A DNA stretch of 64,000 nucleotides, from positions 108,465-172,464 of the IMG/VR virus record IMGVR_UViG_3300047469_000312, one strand, 5' to 3'. This DNA is from a virus. Shown piece by piece: positions 9,867-19,714 of this stretch; the first letter of the stretch is position 1; the number at the start of each line of letters is the position of its first letter. Under the pieces are notes generated by a model, which saw only the letters and a program-made list of their open reading frames with translations, searched no databases and had not been told where the DNA came from. The position numbers and the translations under genes were made by a program.

Positions 9867-10670
9867 ATGAGAAAGGACAAACTCGGCGATCGCATGAAGC
9901 GCTACGAGCTCTCGGACGATCGTCGTCTGATGCCGTTGCTGCCGATTGTCATCCGCATGGACGGGATCGCTTTCAGTACATTCACACGGGGTTTGAAGCG
10001 CCCGTACGACGAGCGGCTATCGACCTGCATGATCGAGACCACCAAGGGCCTGGTAGAGCGCTGGCACGCTACGTTGGGCTATACGCAAAGCGATGAAATC
10101 ACGATCTTCCTGAAGAACGACGATCCGTTTGCTTTGATGCCTTACGACGGCCGCGTGCAGAAATTGATCGGGGCATTTGCTTCGTCGGTCACGGGCAAGT
10201 TCATCCGCCACATGAATCAGCACCTGCCAGAGAAAGCCCACATCGATCCGGAGTTCGACTGCCGGGTCTGGCAATTGCCGAACATGGCAGAAGTCTTCAA
10301 CATGTTCCTGTGGCGCGAATCGGATGCGACCACCAACAGCATCCAGATGGCGGCGCAGTCGCAGTATAGCCACAAGCAGCTGCACAAGAAGGGCTGGTCG
10401 GACTTGAACGAGATGCTCTTCCAGAAGGGCATCAACTACAACGACTACCCGGCCTTCTTTAAGCGCGGCACGTACGCGCGCCGCACGGCGGTGCATCGTT
10501 TGCTGACGGCTGAGGAACTGAACAAGATCCCCGAGCAGCACCGTCACCTGCATCAAGGGATTGTCACACGTAATGAGCTCATTGCGGTCGACATGCCTGC
10601 GATCCATTCGATCAAGGGTGGCATGGAAGAACTGCTCGGCCACATGAAGCCGCGCGCGTTATTGGGGTAA
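9867..10670 (+). CDS. tRNA-His guanylyltransferase Thg1-like protein (3'-5' polymerase)
   Basis: RMKRYE, IRMDG..FSTFT, YTQSDEI, FDCRV, WR..DA..NSI, FKRG. Confidence 0.9.
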   Translation: MRKDKLGDRMKRYELSDDRRLMPLLPIVIRMDGIAFSTFTRGLKRPYDERLSTCMIETTKGLVERWHATLGYTQSDEITIFLKNDDPFALMPYDGRVQKLIGAFASSVTGKFIRHMNQHLPEKAHIDPEFDCRVWQLPNMAEVFNMFLWRESDATTNSIQMAAQSQYSHKQLHKKGWSDLNEMLFQKGINYNDYPAFFKRGTYARRTAVHRLLTAEELNKIPEQHRHLHQGIVTRNELIAVDMPAIHSIKGGMEELLGHMKPRALLG

Positions 10671-10673
10671 GCA

Positions 10674-11426
10674 ATGGTAAAACTAATTCTTAAAGATCTA
10701 CCGCCTGGTTTCAAAAGCGTGCCAGCAGACAGCAGCTATCAGCCCGATCTGTCGGAATGGATCAGCAATCAGTCCTATGTGGGACGGAATCTGATTGCGG
10801 TAGTGACGCGTAACGTGTCGACCGACCAAGAAAACGGCGAGCTGTACGCAGGCATGATCAAGGCGATGCTGGAACTCCATCCGTATTCGATCGATGGCTT
10901 CTGGACTGGCTTCAGTGAAGATGGTTTCTTCATGCCAGACCCGCGCTTTAAGGTCAACGAGAAGTATGGTCGGCCCGTCGATCGCCTGCTCACGCACTGG
11001 CGGCGGGATTACAACTGCTACCAGCATACCGCGCACCCGATCGAGGGCAAACAGCGCCCGACCAAAGAGCAGTGCACGATCGACGTGATGTTTATCGAGC
11101 CTGACCCCACTTGCACTAAGGTGGTAATGGCATGGCACATGTTCCAGATGTTTCCGGAAGAATACGCGGGCCTGCAGTCCAAGCGCGATCTGATGCGTGC
11201 GTCACCGGTGTTCAATTTCCACGGCTTTCGCGTGCATCGACGCATCAAGGGCACCGTGTGCGAATTCACGCTCGGTTACGAATCGTACGAAGACGGCGAC
11301 CGCGTGATCGATCATGCCCAGCGCATCTTGAACGGAATCGCTCTTGAGGGCATGAATCCCCACGCACGACAAGAGTTCGTCACCGCCATTGCGCCAGACG
11401 CTGGTCCGGAAGTCCAGGCGGGCTAA
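10674..11426 (+). CDS. Divergent phiKZ-type tail-tube/virion protein paralog 1
   Basis: EWISNQSYVGRNLI, LELHP.SIDG, EKYG.PV, FIEPDPT.TKVV.AW, AQRIL..I...GMNP; resemblance recalled from memory. Confidence 0.55.
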   Translation: MVKLILKDLPPGFKSVPADSSYQPDLSEWISNQSYVGRNLIAVVTRNVSTDQENGELYAGMIKAMLELHPYSIDGFWTGFSEDGFFMPDPRFKVNEKYGRPVDRLLTHWRRDYNCYQHTAHPIEGKQRPTKEQCTIDVMFIEPDPTCTKVVMAWHMFQMFPEEYAGLQSKRDLMRASPVFNFHGFRVHRRIKGTVCEFTLGYESYEDGDRVIDHAQRILNGIALEGMNPHARQEFVTAIAPDAGPEVQAG

Positions 11427-11747
11427 ATGAACATGTATCGTCGCCAGCGTCTTAACTTCACGTACACGCTACCGGAAGGTTGGTCGATGTTCCTGTACGG
11501 TAACGAGCCGGTGCACGTCGTCATCATGACGGACGCAGGCGACATCGTCACGTGGGCAGTGAGTGCCGGTGACATGGTCATTCGGACCGAACAATTGGTC
11601 GACGAGCCGTGGGAGTACGACAGCGTCGAGGCCGGTATCTCGCTCTACATCGCCACGCTCGTGGGGCTCGAATTAGCCGACATGCGCATGTATGGTTTAA
11701 ATCAACTTAACACAACAAGAGGTTCTGATGTCAGCAGGATCGCGTAA
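11427..11747 (+). CDS. Hypothetical protein
   Basis: Packed ORF. Confidence 0.65.
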   Translation: MNMYRRQRLNFTYTLPEGWSMFLYGNEPVHVVIMTDAGDIVTWAVSAGDMVIRTEQLVDEPWEYDSVEAGISLYIATLVGLELADMRMYGLNQLNTTRGSDVSRIA

Positions 11748-12669
11748 GAAGCACAGCAACAACCACAAGCAGTATCAGGACGGCAATCAGGACCACCTGG
11801 AGGTCTCGTCGCTGCTCGCTGGGGCAGGTAATGGTCGTGACGTCGAAGCGCGTCTGGGTGGCGCTGCTAAGCTCGCTGAGAGCATCGACAATCCACCCCC
11901 GCCGGAAGACGACATCATGGGCGGGGTACCGGGTATCGGCAATGAAGGCCCGGTTACAGCGGGCAATGCGGATACCGAGAAACAACCGGAAACCCAGCCA
12001 GGTCGCATTGCTGAAGCATTCAGCACTTCCGAAGTCGGCGCTGAAGGCGATGGCGGCCATATCACCAACAATGTCTACCAGGGTCGCAACATCATTGCGG
12101 TGCTGGTGCGCGGTACGCGCGAATCGCTTTTCGAGCCGAACTTCAATGAGTCGCTAAAGGCCCTCGTCGAGCTGCACCCCATCAAGATCAAGGGTCTGCG
12201 CACGGGCTTCAAGATTGGCGAACTCTCGAAGACGCAAACGCGGGTGATGGCCACTGCCTCAGTGGCCGACTTCACCTGGCTGGAGCGCCAGGATCGGGTG
12301 ATCGACACCACCATGCATCACTGGGGTGATCGATACAACGACTACCTGCTTGACGAAGAACAGGCGCGCGATAACCGCTCGTACAAGGCGAAGATCTCGC
12401 TGCAAGACGTGACGATCGACGTCGTCTTCTTCGAAACCGATGCGACTCACACCAGGGTGCTCGCTGCCTGGAAGGGCATGAACCTGCGGCCCGTGCATTA
12501 TACGGGTCTGTTATCGGCGCGTGACGTTGGTGGCTATCCCTTCGGTAACCAATGCGTCACGGCGACGCTGGATGGGACGTACGTACGTAATCCCGCGGTG
12601 CTGGCAGAAGCGCAGGCGCTGCTCGACGGTGTCCGCCTGCAATGCGCCAACCCGTACGCTTTGACCTGA
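11728..12669 (+). CDS. Divergent tail-tube-like paralog 2 with disordered N-terminus
   Basis: YQGRNIIAV, LVELHP, FFETDATHTRVLAAW, AQALLD.V....ANPY align with 10674-11426. Confidence 0.55.
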   Translation: MSAGSRKKHSNNHKQYQDGNQDHLEVSSLLAGAGNGRDVEARLGGAAKLAESIDNPPPPEDDIMGGVPGIGNEGPVTAGNADTEKQPETQPGRIAEAFSTSEVGAEGDGGHITNNVYQGRNIIAVLVRGTRESLFEPNFNESLKALVELHPIKIKGLRTGFKIGELSKTQTRVMATASVADFTWLERQDRVIDTTMHHWGDRYNDYLLDEEQARDNRSYKAKISLQDVTIDVVFFETDATHTRVLAAWKGMNLRPVHYTGLLSARDVGGYPFGNQCVTATLDGTYVRNPAVLAEAQALLDGVRLQCANPYALT

Positions 12670-12845
12670 TGCTGAAGGTTATCGGCATAAGCGCAGTGAT
12701 GGTCCTCGCGGGCCTCACTGCGATCGGTGTAGTAGGGTGGGAAGTGGTCGAGGCAGTCACGCTTTTCTTTCGTTTTACCATGACGGGTCTCGGCTCGTTG
12801 CTGCGGTAGCCACGAGGTGACACCTTCTTCAGACCAGGAGGGGCA

Positions 12846-13094
12846 ATGTATCGGCATGACGTGTTGGTGCAGATCGGCAGTCTCTGGTTTACGTTTGTGT
12901 TTTTCCTTGTATTGTATTGCCTCTGGTGTTGGTTGGCTTTACGGTCGCGTCGCTCTCAGGGTAGGATCAGCTATCGTCGCTATGCGATGTATGCGCAGCA
13001 ACTGCGCCGCCGAACCTGGTGGGTGTTCGGCGCTTCCTTTCTCGTCGTGACGTTTCTCTACGCAGTGATTACCGAACTTAATTCAAAGGGGTAG
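12846..13094 (+). CDS. Small membrane protein (2 TM)
   Basis: GGAG RBS, two hydrophobic segments. Confidence 0.65.
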   Translation: MYRHDVLVQIGSLWFTFVFFLVLYCLWCWLALRSRRSQGRISYRRYAMYAQQLRRRTWWVFGASFLVVTFLYAVITELNSKG

Positions 13095-13096
13095 GC

Positions 13097-13420
13097 ATGG
13101 CATTTGAACAACCGAAGAGCAGTGAGAACCGCGATGGGTTCTGCTTTGACACTCTCCTCGCACTGGCCAAAGACGGTCCGTGTTGGGACGGTGACGTGCC
13201 CTCGAAGTCCGGGCGCAATGACCTGATCGAGCACGGGATGGCGATCCGGGTGGTCGTCAAGGGTGAGGACGGCTTCACCGCACTTACCTACAAAGGGCGT
13301 GACTTCTTCGTGAAGTACATGGAGTGCGACACGCTGAAACAGGCGCTCGAAAAGCAACGCCAGAGCTTTATCAAAGGCTGGCGCGAGCGTAACGAACTCA
13401 CGGATATTGCGGTCAATTAA
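13097..13420 (+). CDS. Hypothetical protein
   Basis: Packed ORF. Confidence 0.7.
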   Translation: MAFEQPKSSENRDGFCFDTLLALAKDGPCWDGDVPSKSGRNDLIEHGMAIRVVVKGEDGFTALTYKGRDFFVKYMECDTLKQALEKQRQSFIKGWRERNELTDIAVN

Positions 13421-13656
13421 CCCTCCTCTCAGATACCACATTCTGTGAGGAACATGCACGGCGTTTGTAGGAGTTCGACAGACGACTGGGCTTTTTAGCG
13501 TGAGCAGGGACTGCCTTGTCAGGCCGTCTCCTGCTTTCGCTAGAAAATCTATTTATGCCGTTGTTCCGTTAGGGAATAGATGAGTCATGTCTAGTAAATT
13601 CTATCCAGACACGGCATTTTGTAGAAGAGTACGACCCTTATAACTGACAAGAAACC

Positions 13657-14304
13657 ATGGCCGCTAATCACGGGGCACGTAATACGCACGGCATGTCACG
13701 AGACCGACTGTACTGGCGCTGGATGGGGATTCACGCCAAGTGCTACCGTGAAGAGAACCAAAGCTACAAGCGCTACGGTGCGAGGGGAATTATCGTTGAG
13801 TGGGACTGGCATCGGGATAACAATCTCGGGCTGCAGAACTTCCTCAACTGGCTGACTGAGAAATTGCAAGAACAGGGTAATCCTGAGAAGTACGCAGTCG
13901 TGCTTGATGATCAGTCGAAGAACTTCGGACCCGGCAACTGCCTGGTGCGTAGTCATCAGTTCGCTATCCAGCGGCGCGAGCACAATGCGTTCAGTCCTGC
14001 TAAAGTGATCGAGATGCGCCAATACAAACGAGCGTATCCGGAGGCCACACTGGAGCAGATGGCTGAACTATTCGGGGGGTCCGCTTCAGGCGTCTCACGA
14101 GTACTGTCGGGCGTAGATTACGCCAACCTGAATGAGATTGCACCACCCATTGACGTCGACCAAATAAGAAAGGGGATTAAAGCGACGCACGGAAAACGCC
14201 GTAAGGCGAAGAAGCCTGCCCAAGAAAATAAACCTGATCCCAACCCACCGACGACCGTTCGCCGTCTATACCGAAGCGGACAACTCATGGTAGTAATTGA
14301 ATAA
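13657..14304 (+). CDS. HNH-homing-endonuclease-like protein with C-terminal HTH
   Basis: HGMS..RLY..W.....KCY....YKRYGARGI.V..W, GPGNC, then a helix-turn-helix segment. Confidence 0.65.
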   Translation: MAANHGARNTHGMSRDRLYWRWMGIHAKCYREENQSYKRYGARGIIVEWDWHRDNNLGLQNFLNWLTEKLQEQGNPEKYAVVLDDQSKNFGPGNCLVRSHQFAIQRREHNAFSPAKVIEMRQYKRAYPEATLEQMAELFGGSASGVSRVLSGVDYANLNEIAPPIDVDQIRKGIKATHGKRRKAKKPAQENKPDPNPPTTVRRLYRSGQLMVVIE

Positions 14305-14326
14305 GCATCTTCTCGGGGATAACAAG

Positions 14327-15010
14327 ATGTTTGGCTTCTTTGTGTGGTTTCGTGTAGCGGTAGTAGTTGCAACTGTGTGGATGTTGGTCAGTGCGCGGGC
14401 GTCGCATCCGAGCCATCTCCTCACCTTCTTGGCTGGCATGGCGCTGCTCAGTCTTCTCTCCGATGAGAAGCTCAAGCGGTGGTTCGTTCTACCCGAACCG
14501 CCCCGTGCTGTCAAGGTTCCAGATCACGACGGGGCTTCTCCTGGTCTGGAATGTTTGATTGGTAGTCCGGACGAGTTCAAGGAACATCGTGCGGACCTGT
14601 ACGACGAAGAGCGCATCGTGGGTTCCGCGGTGCTGCACTACGGTACGGGTCAGATCTGGGCAGTCGAGGCGCCTGGACGCCATCATCATGTCCTCTGGGC
14701 CATGGACATGCTGAAGGTTCCGCACGCGTATCACCGAGACCAGGGCTTTCTCACGAATTGGGGACGTTACGTCGACCGGAAAGAAGCAGCACTGATCGCC
14801 GCCGCGGCCAATCAGTTGCTCGATAAACAATTTACTCCGCCCGAACTCTTCAGTGAAGACGTTTGGGTGACACCCCCGTGGGAGAACAAGTATGACGGCA
14901 GTAGCAGTACCGAAGGACTACACCAGCCCGCAGTGGGACAGCACGACGCAGCGTGGGGACTGGAAGAACTACATCAACGAGGGGCTTCAGAAGGTCTGGG
15001 CGTCGTTTAA
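14327..15010 (+). CDS. Membrane-anchored conserved phage protein
   Basis: N-terminal TM segments; RHHH...DQGFLTN.GRYVDRKEA..IA...LFSEDVW domain. Confidence 0.7.
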   Translation: MFGFFVWFRVAVVVATVWMLVSARASHPSHLLTFLAGMALLSLLSDEKLKRWFVLPEPPRAVKVPDHDGASPGLECLIGSPDEFKEHRADLYDEERIVGSAVLHYGTGQIWAVEAPGRHHHVLWAMDMLKVPHAYHRDQGFLTNWGRYVDRKEAALIAAAANQLLDKQFTPPELFSEDVWVTPPWENKYDGSSSTEGLHQPAVGQHDAAWGLEELHQRGASEGLGVV

Positions 15011-15077
15011 CGCCGCGCAACAGATGCTGATTGCCGTGAACGCGCAAGAACACGCGGACAAAGAAGAGCAGGAATAA
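14892..15077 (+). CDS. Small hypothetical protein overlapping the upstream gene
   Basis: GGGAG RBS before ATG 14892; ends 4 nt before the next gene. Confidence 0.55.
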   Translation: MTAVAVPKDYTSPQWDSTTQRGDWKNYINEGLQKVWASFNAAQQMLIAVNAQEHADKEEQE

Positions 15078-15081
15078 CGTC

Positions 15082-15444
15082 ATGCCCTACCATGAGTCGA
15101 TGAGCAGGCTCGACCACGAACGTATCGTGGCAGACCTCGAAGGCAGCCTCAATAAGCTGCTTGCTGAGAACCTCGAGCTGCGTGCCCGCAACAACGACCT
15201 CACGGTCTTCCTGGATGCGTACCAGCGCGACTGTCGTCGTACGCTCGATGCGGCGCATTACTACAGCCAGGATATTCCGGGACTCGTTGGCACCACCGGA
15301 GAAGATGCGGTCTACTATTTGGCGTTTCTGTATCTGAACGCCATGGCAGGACCCCGCGCTCGCAAGCTCACCGCCATGGACGGGCGTCGTCAATTCAAGC
15401 GTCAAGCCAAGCGTCGCGTGAAGTACACCATCAGACGGGGATAA
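15082..15444 (+). CDS. Hypothetical protein
   Basis: Packed ORF. Confidence 0.7.
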   Translation: MPYHESMSRLDHERIVADLEGSLNKLLAENLELRARNNDLTVFLDAYQRDCRRTLDAAHYYSQDIPGLVGTTGEDAVYYLAFLYLNAMAGPRARKLTAMDGRRQFKRQAKRRVKYTIRRG

Positions 15445-15447
15445 GAA

Positions 15448-15777
15448 GTGACGAAGCTTTTGAGTAAAGTGCTTTCTCAAGAGGAAGCCGATGCTTTCGC
15501 TGAGACGGCGGTGCGCACCAAAGCCCGCGAACTGTTGGAGCTCGCTGATGAGCTCGGCCTGAAAGTCACGATCGATCTCGTGCCGAACCAGCCGCTCTCG
15601 ACCGCGGATGCGAAACCCCGAGTGGACTTACGTCGCAAGCGTATCCTGCTCGATAAGGGTGCGTACCTCTTCACTGATCCGGACGTGGTCAAGAAGGTTG
15701 TGACCAAAGCGTTCCCGATTGATCAGTTGCAGCACATCGCCTTCAAGACGGAAATGAAGCTGAAGCGCGAGCAATAA
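15448..15777 (+). CDS. Hypothetical protein
   Basis: Packed ORF. Confidence 0.7.
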   Translation: MTKLLSKVLSQEEADAFAETAVRTKARELLELADELGLKVTIDLVPNQPLSTADAKPRVDLRRKRILLDKGAYLFTDPDVVKKVVTKAFPIDQLQHIAFKTEMKLKREQ

Positions 15778-15782
15778 CACGT

Positions 15783-15826
15783 ACCCAGGGGCTACGGTCC
15801 CTGGGACAAGACCACGACTTTTTTTG
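15783..15826 (+). terminator. Probable terminator hairpin
   Basis: CCCAGGGG/TCCCTGGG stem with a T-run shortly downstream. Confidence 0.5.
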
Positions 15827-15834
15827 GCATTACC

Positions 15835-17025
15835 ATGACTTACAGCGAAATGGTGGGACAACTCAAAAGCACCATCGAAGAAGATGGCCATAGTGCCTCG
15901 GCGATGGTGACGCTGGAGCTTATCGAGCTTCTGCGAAGCGGCATGAAGAAGCCCGAACCGCAGTTGGAGAGTTTGGCCAAGTCGCTGAATAGCCATATCG
16001 TCGCCATGGCGCAGCACAAGTGGAGCGTGGCGAAGTACTTCTCGGGCCGTGGTCCGATTGCCAACAAGCTGCGCGACTATGCAGCTATCAGTCGTCATTT
16101 CTCGATGGGGATTTTCAAGCTCGAAGACAAGCTGAAGAAGTTTGACTTCCAGCCGGTGACGGACGACGCGGATCGCTCGAAGGCGTTCCGGGTGTGGCTC
16201 GAAGAAGCAGCGATGAATGCCTTCGGTACTTACCACGACATCGAGCTGCCGCTGCCTTACATCCCCGGTATCGAAGTGGGTCTGCCCTCGGGCATCCACC
16301 GTACGAACCCGGAATCGTACGCAGCCGGGGCCGAGAGCCCGCAATGGCTGGTACTGGCCGCTGACCTCGAGAACGGCCTGAAGGCGCGCTACATCGTGCG
16401 GCGGGACCATCGTGCGGTGTTGCTGTACTGGCACCCGCATGAAGAAGTCTGGCTGGCTGATCCGGGCGAGACGATCTTCCCTGGCGTGCTGGAAGCGTTT
16501 GCTCTCGAGTGGGAGAAGCTCGCCAACAAGAGTGGCTACACGGCGGAGAAGCCCGTGGATGTCGAGGCGAACCTCGCTGAGCTGCACACGAAGATGAACC
16601 AGGTCTTCGATGCCGAAGAGAAGCTCCCGGATGTCACCCAGCATTATGTCCGCAACGACGACGGTCTGTCTTCGTTTGTCCGCATCCAGGTCGAAGACTA
16701 TATCCTCACCTTCATGAACACGAAGGGCCAGTGGGCAAGCCGCAATATCTTACTCTCGGTGAATGGGGCTGGACCGTACAACATGCGTGTGCAGTGGAGT
16801 GACCTGCGCGAATTCACCCGCCAGGAAGTCTTCAAGCAAGCGCACCTGGTGCTCGACGGGCTAATCCAGCAGTACATTAGCGTGCCGGAAGAACCAGCGC
16901 CCTTGCCGCAGGCGCCTGAGATGGCTGACACCGTCGCTGAAGTGCAGACGCAACTCGCTTCTGAAACCCCGGACTATACGCCGGTGTACCTGAAGCTGCA
17001 GCGTCAAGCGAAGAAGGAAAAGTAA
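15835..17025 (+). CDS. Hypothetical protein
   Basis: 396-aa ORF. Confidence 0.8.
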   Translation: MTYSEMVGQLKSTIEEDGHSASAMVTLELIELLRSGMKKPEPQLESLAKSLNSHIVAMAQHKWSVAKYFSGRGPIANKLRDYAAISRHFSMGIFKLEDKLKKFDFQPVTDDADRSKAFRVWLEEAAMNAFGTYHDIELPLPYIPGIEVGLPSGIHRTNPESYAAGAESPQWLVLAADLENGLKARYIVRRDHRAVLLYWHPHEEVWLADPGETIFPGVLEAFALEWEKLANKSGYTAEKPVDVEANLAELHTKMNQVFDAEEKLPDVTQHYVRNDDGLSSFVRIQVEDYILTFMNTKGQWASRNILLSVNGAGPYNMRVQWSDLREFTRQEVFKQAHLVLDGLIQQYISVPEEPAPLPQAPEMADTVAEVQTQLASETPDYTPVYLKLQRQAKKEK

Positions 17026-17375
17026 TGCTCGCCTTCTTCCATCACTCCGCGGCTACTCTCCTGTACCTGTTGATCTTCGGTCACTTTGTGGCTGATTATC
17101 CGCTCCAGGGACCGTACCTCAGTGAAGCGAAGAATCCCGATAGTGCGTTGGGTCAGAACGGCGTGTGGAAACATGCGCTGTTCGCCCATGCGTACATTCA
17201 GTCCGGATTCGTCTTGCTCTTTACCGGCTCGATGCATTGTGCGGTGATTGAGCTGGTGGCGCACGCGTTCATCGACTACGGCAAGTGCAAGAAGTACATC
17301 ACCTATAACACCGACCAGGCACTACACATCGCCTGCAAGGTCCTTTACCTCTTTGTGGTGTTTGGTCAGTTATGA
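17025..17375 (+). CDS. DUF3307-family membrane protein
   Basis: HFVADYPLQ...K...HA.I...H..ID..K...DQALH. Confidence 0.8.
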   Translation: MLAFFHHSAATLLYLLIFGHFVADYPLQGPYLSEAKNPDSALGQNGVWKHALFAHAYIQSGFVLLFTGSMHCAVIELVAHAFIDYGKCKKYITYNTDQALHIACKVLYLFVVFGQL

Positions 17376-18091
17376 ACTCCCAACTCAAAGTCTACGACGT
17401 CGACCCGGTGTTTGGACGACATGCGAAAGACGGCAAGATTACCCACTCGATGCGAGTCGGCTACACCACCTTTCGTCCCGGTATTGCCGTGACTACGGTG
17501 CTCGATGCAGCTGCGCGGCGTTACGAGATGTCGATGGACCCGGATGACGCGATTGCGGTGGCGGAGAAGATCAGCTTTGAGCGACTGCAAGAGCTCGATG
17601 AGTTGATCCCGCAAACGGGGCGGGAGTTCGTGCCCTACGGCATGTATCTGAGCCTGCAGCGCGAGCTCGCGGAGTACCAGCTGCAAGTGTTGCAGATGCA
17701 GCGTATCCCGGTGCCGTCGTTTCAGCAACGTGTGTGGGAATGGTTCAAGTCGTGCTTCGGCCCGGCAGGCATCAAGGACAAGCTGCAGCGCTACTTCCGC
17801 TTCTACGAGGAGGCGACGGAGCTGGTGCAAGCAGGCGGCATAAGTCGTCAAGACGCTCACCGCATGGTCGATAGCGTTTACGACAAGACGCCCGGTAAGG
17901 TCTATCAAGAAGTGGGCGGCGTCGCCACCACCTTGGCGATGGTCTGTAACGCCGAAGGGCTCGAGCTGGATCATACCGCCGACACCGAGCTCGCACGGGT
18001 CTGGGGTAAGCAGGACGAGATTCGCGAAAAGCAAAAGCAAAAGCTTCACCCCGCATCGGGTGTGAGCAAGCGGCTCTACGCGGACGACTAA
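17372..18091 (+). CDS. Protein with C-terminal MazG-like NTP pyrophosphatase domain
   Basis: RFYEEATELVQA...QEVGGV..TL...ELARVW. Confidence 0.6.
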   Translation: MNSQLKVYDVDPVFGRHAKDGKITHSMRVGYTTFRPGIAVTTVLDAAARRYEMSMDPDDAIAVAEKISFERLQELDELIPQTGREFVPYGMYLSLQRELAEYQLQVLQMQRIPVPSFQQRVWEWFKSCFGPAGIKDKLQRYFRFYEEATELVQAGGISRQDAHRMVDSVYDKTPGKVYQEVGGVATTLAMVCNAEGLELDHTADTELARVWGKQDEIREKQKQKLHPASGVSKRLYADD

Positions 18092-18154
18092 GGCAAAGTT
18101 CACTCGGGCGACTCATCCATTGCAGAGTGAGATCAACAACTAAAAACAAGGATT

Positions 18155-18547
18155 ATGGCCATGCCGTTGGTGTATTTGCGGTTCGGGGTTTTGCCCATTG
18201 GAGGCAAGAGCTACAACCGGGAAAAGAAAAAGCATGAAGCAGGAGTGGGCGTCTGGGAAGCCATCGAAGAAGAGTGCGGTGATCGTAAGCAGTACCGCAT
18301 TTTGATGCCCCGGATGAAGCGTGATGAATGGCAGCGCGCAGCCGTTGAGCTGCATGCCTCGCACGGCAAACCCTGCTTTTTGGTGACGGGGAAGGTGCTA
18401 AAGGGCTTCGGCAGCTTTGGCGAAACGCTTCTGGGCGACGTGAAGATCGTCGAAGAAGTCAATCCATGCGCTGGGCGTAACTGGCGCGAACTTGCTGATC
18501 GTCCCCTGGATGCCGAGCAGGACGAAGCAGCAGGAGAGTATCTGTAA
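18155..18547 (+). CDS. Hypothetical protein
   Basis: RBS, packed ORF. Confidence 0.7.
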   Translation: MAMPLVYLRFGVLPIGGKSYNREKKKHEAGVGVWEAIEEECGDRKQYRILMPRMKRDEWQRAAVELHASHGKPCFLVTGKVLKGFGSFGETLLGDVKIVEEVNPCAGRNWRELADRPLDAEQDEAAGEYL

Positions 18548-19035
18548 TGGAATTTCACCTCATTCCGAAGTATCGCTCGCTCGATGTCGTCGAAGCACTG
18601 AAGATCAAAGAGATCAAGTTTGTCAACATCGCGGGTGCGGATGTGACGAAGTTGGTTCCGGAAGACGAACGCTTCGACGAACTCACGCTGCCGTTCGAAT
18701 TCTCGCTGCACCATACCCTGAAGCCGGGCGGCTACTGGGTGCGGCGTGCGAACGAGGCTTCCTCGTCGTATGTTCCGGCTGAACTGATCGAAGGTCATTA
18801 CCAGCAAGCGACCGAAATCAGCCCGGACGTGCTCAAGAACATCCGTGCAGTGGTAGCCAAGGATCTGGTTTCGGACGAAGAAGTCTCGAAGCTGAGCCAG
18901 ATGGTCTACAGCGAATTGCACGACGAGAACCAGGGCGTGATCGGTGGCCCGGACGTGATCCACATGCAGTATCCGGCGCGCCTGGCTGAAGCCGTCACCG
19001 AGCTGGTACTCAACAAGCTGGTGGCGCTGGCATGA
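18547..19035 (+). CDS. Hypothetical protein
   Basis: TAATG coupling. Confidence 0.7.
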   Translation: MEFHLIPKYRSLDVVEALKIKEIKFVNIAGADVTKLVPEDERFDELTLPFEFSLHHTLKPGGYWVRRANEASSSYVPAELIEGHYQQATEISPDVLKNIRAVVAKDLVSDEEVSKLSQMVYSELHDENQGVIGGPDVIHMQYPARLAEAVTELVLNKLVALA

Positions 19036-19478
19036 TCCGCTACGAGCAAGGCACACGTCTCGTCGACACCTTGGAAGCCGGTAAGCTACTGCACGGCATG
19101 GATATTCTCTATCCGGACTTTAGCTACTGGTTCACCAACAAAGTCATGCCCGGTGTCATGGTCGGGCGTGACATCCTGATGCTCGCCAAGGATAAGCACC
19201 AAGTCATTGGCGTGGCACTGGGTAAGAAGAACGCGCACGAGACCAAGCTGCGCTGCGTGCGGGTGTTGCCGGAATACCAGAAGCGGGGAACCGGGATTCA
19301 TCTCGTTGAAAAGATGCTCGTTCAATTGGACGACGACAAGCCCAGTTGTACTGTGGCTGAAGAGATGTTTCACCAGTTCTCCCGACCGTTTATCAATCTG
19401 TTCGATTTCGATCTCACCAAAGTCGAAAAGGGCATGTACCGAGCGGGGAAGCTTGAGTATGTCTTCAACCAACATTGA
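19032..19478 (+). CDS. GNAT-family acetyltransferase
   Basis: VRVLPEYQKRGTG acetyl-CoA-binding motif. Confidence 0.8.
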   Translation: MIRYEQGTRLVDTLEAGKLLHGMDILYPDFSYWFTNKVMPGVMVGRDILMLAKDKHQVIGVALGKKNAHETKLRCVRVLPEYQKRGTGIHLVEKMLVQLDDDKPSCTVAEEMFHQFSRPFINLFDFDLTKVEKGMYRAGKLEYVFNQH

Positions 19479-19713
19479 AGCCGTGGTCAATGGTGTTGCC
19501 GAAGGTGACATCAAGTTACTCAACACCAAAGACCTCATGAACATCCTGCGGGTCTCACGTTCGACGATCAATCGTTGGTTAAAAGATTCGACGGCCTGCG
19601 ACGTGCCCTTTCCTCAGCCGACGTTTATCTTCGGTCGAAGCGGTCGTTGGACCAAAGCCCATATCGTTGCCTGGGTGGATGCGAGCGTCAAGAAAGCTAA
19701 AGAGAAAGGATGA
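19459..19713 (+). CDS. AlpA/excisionase-like HTH protein
   Basis: LLNTKDL..IL.VSRSTINRW...FPQP......RW....I.AW. Confidence 0.75.
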   Translation: MSSTNIEAVVNGVAEGDIKLLNTKDLMNILRVSRSTINRWLKDSTACDVPFPQPTFIFGRSGRWTKAHIVAWVDASVKKAKEKG

Positions 19714-19714
19714 C

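Noticed and set aside
14868-15010. Programmed frameshift between overlapping ORFs
   Set aside because: The downstream ORF has its own RBS and ATG, and there is no slippery sequence; a simple overlap is more likely.
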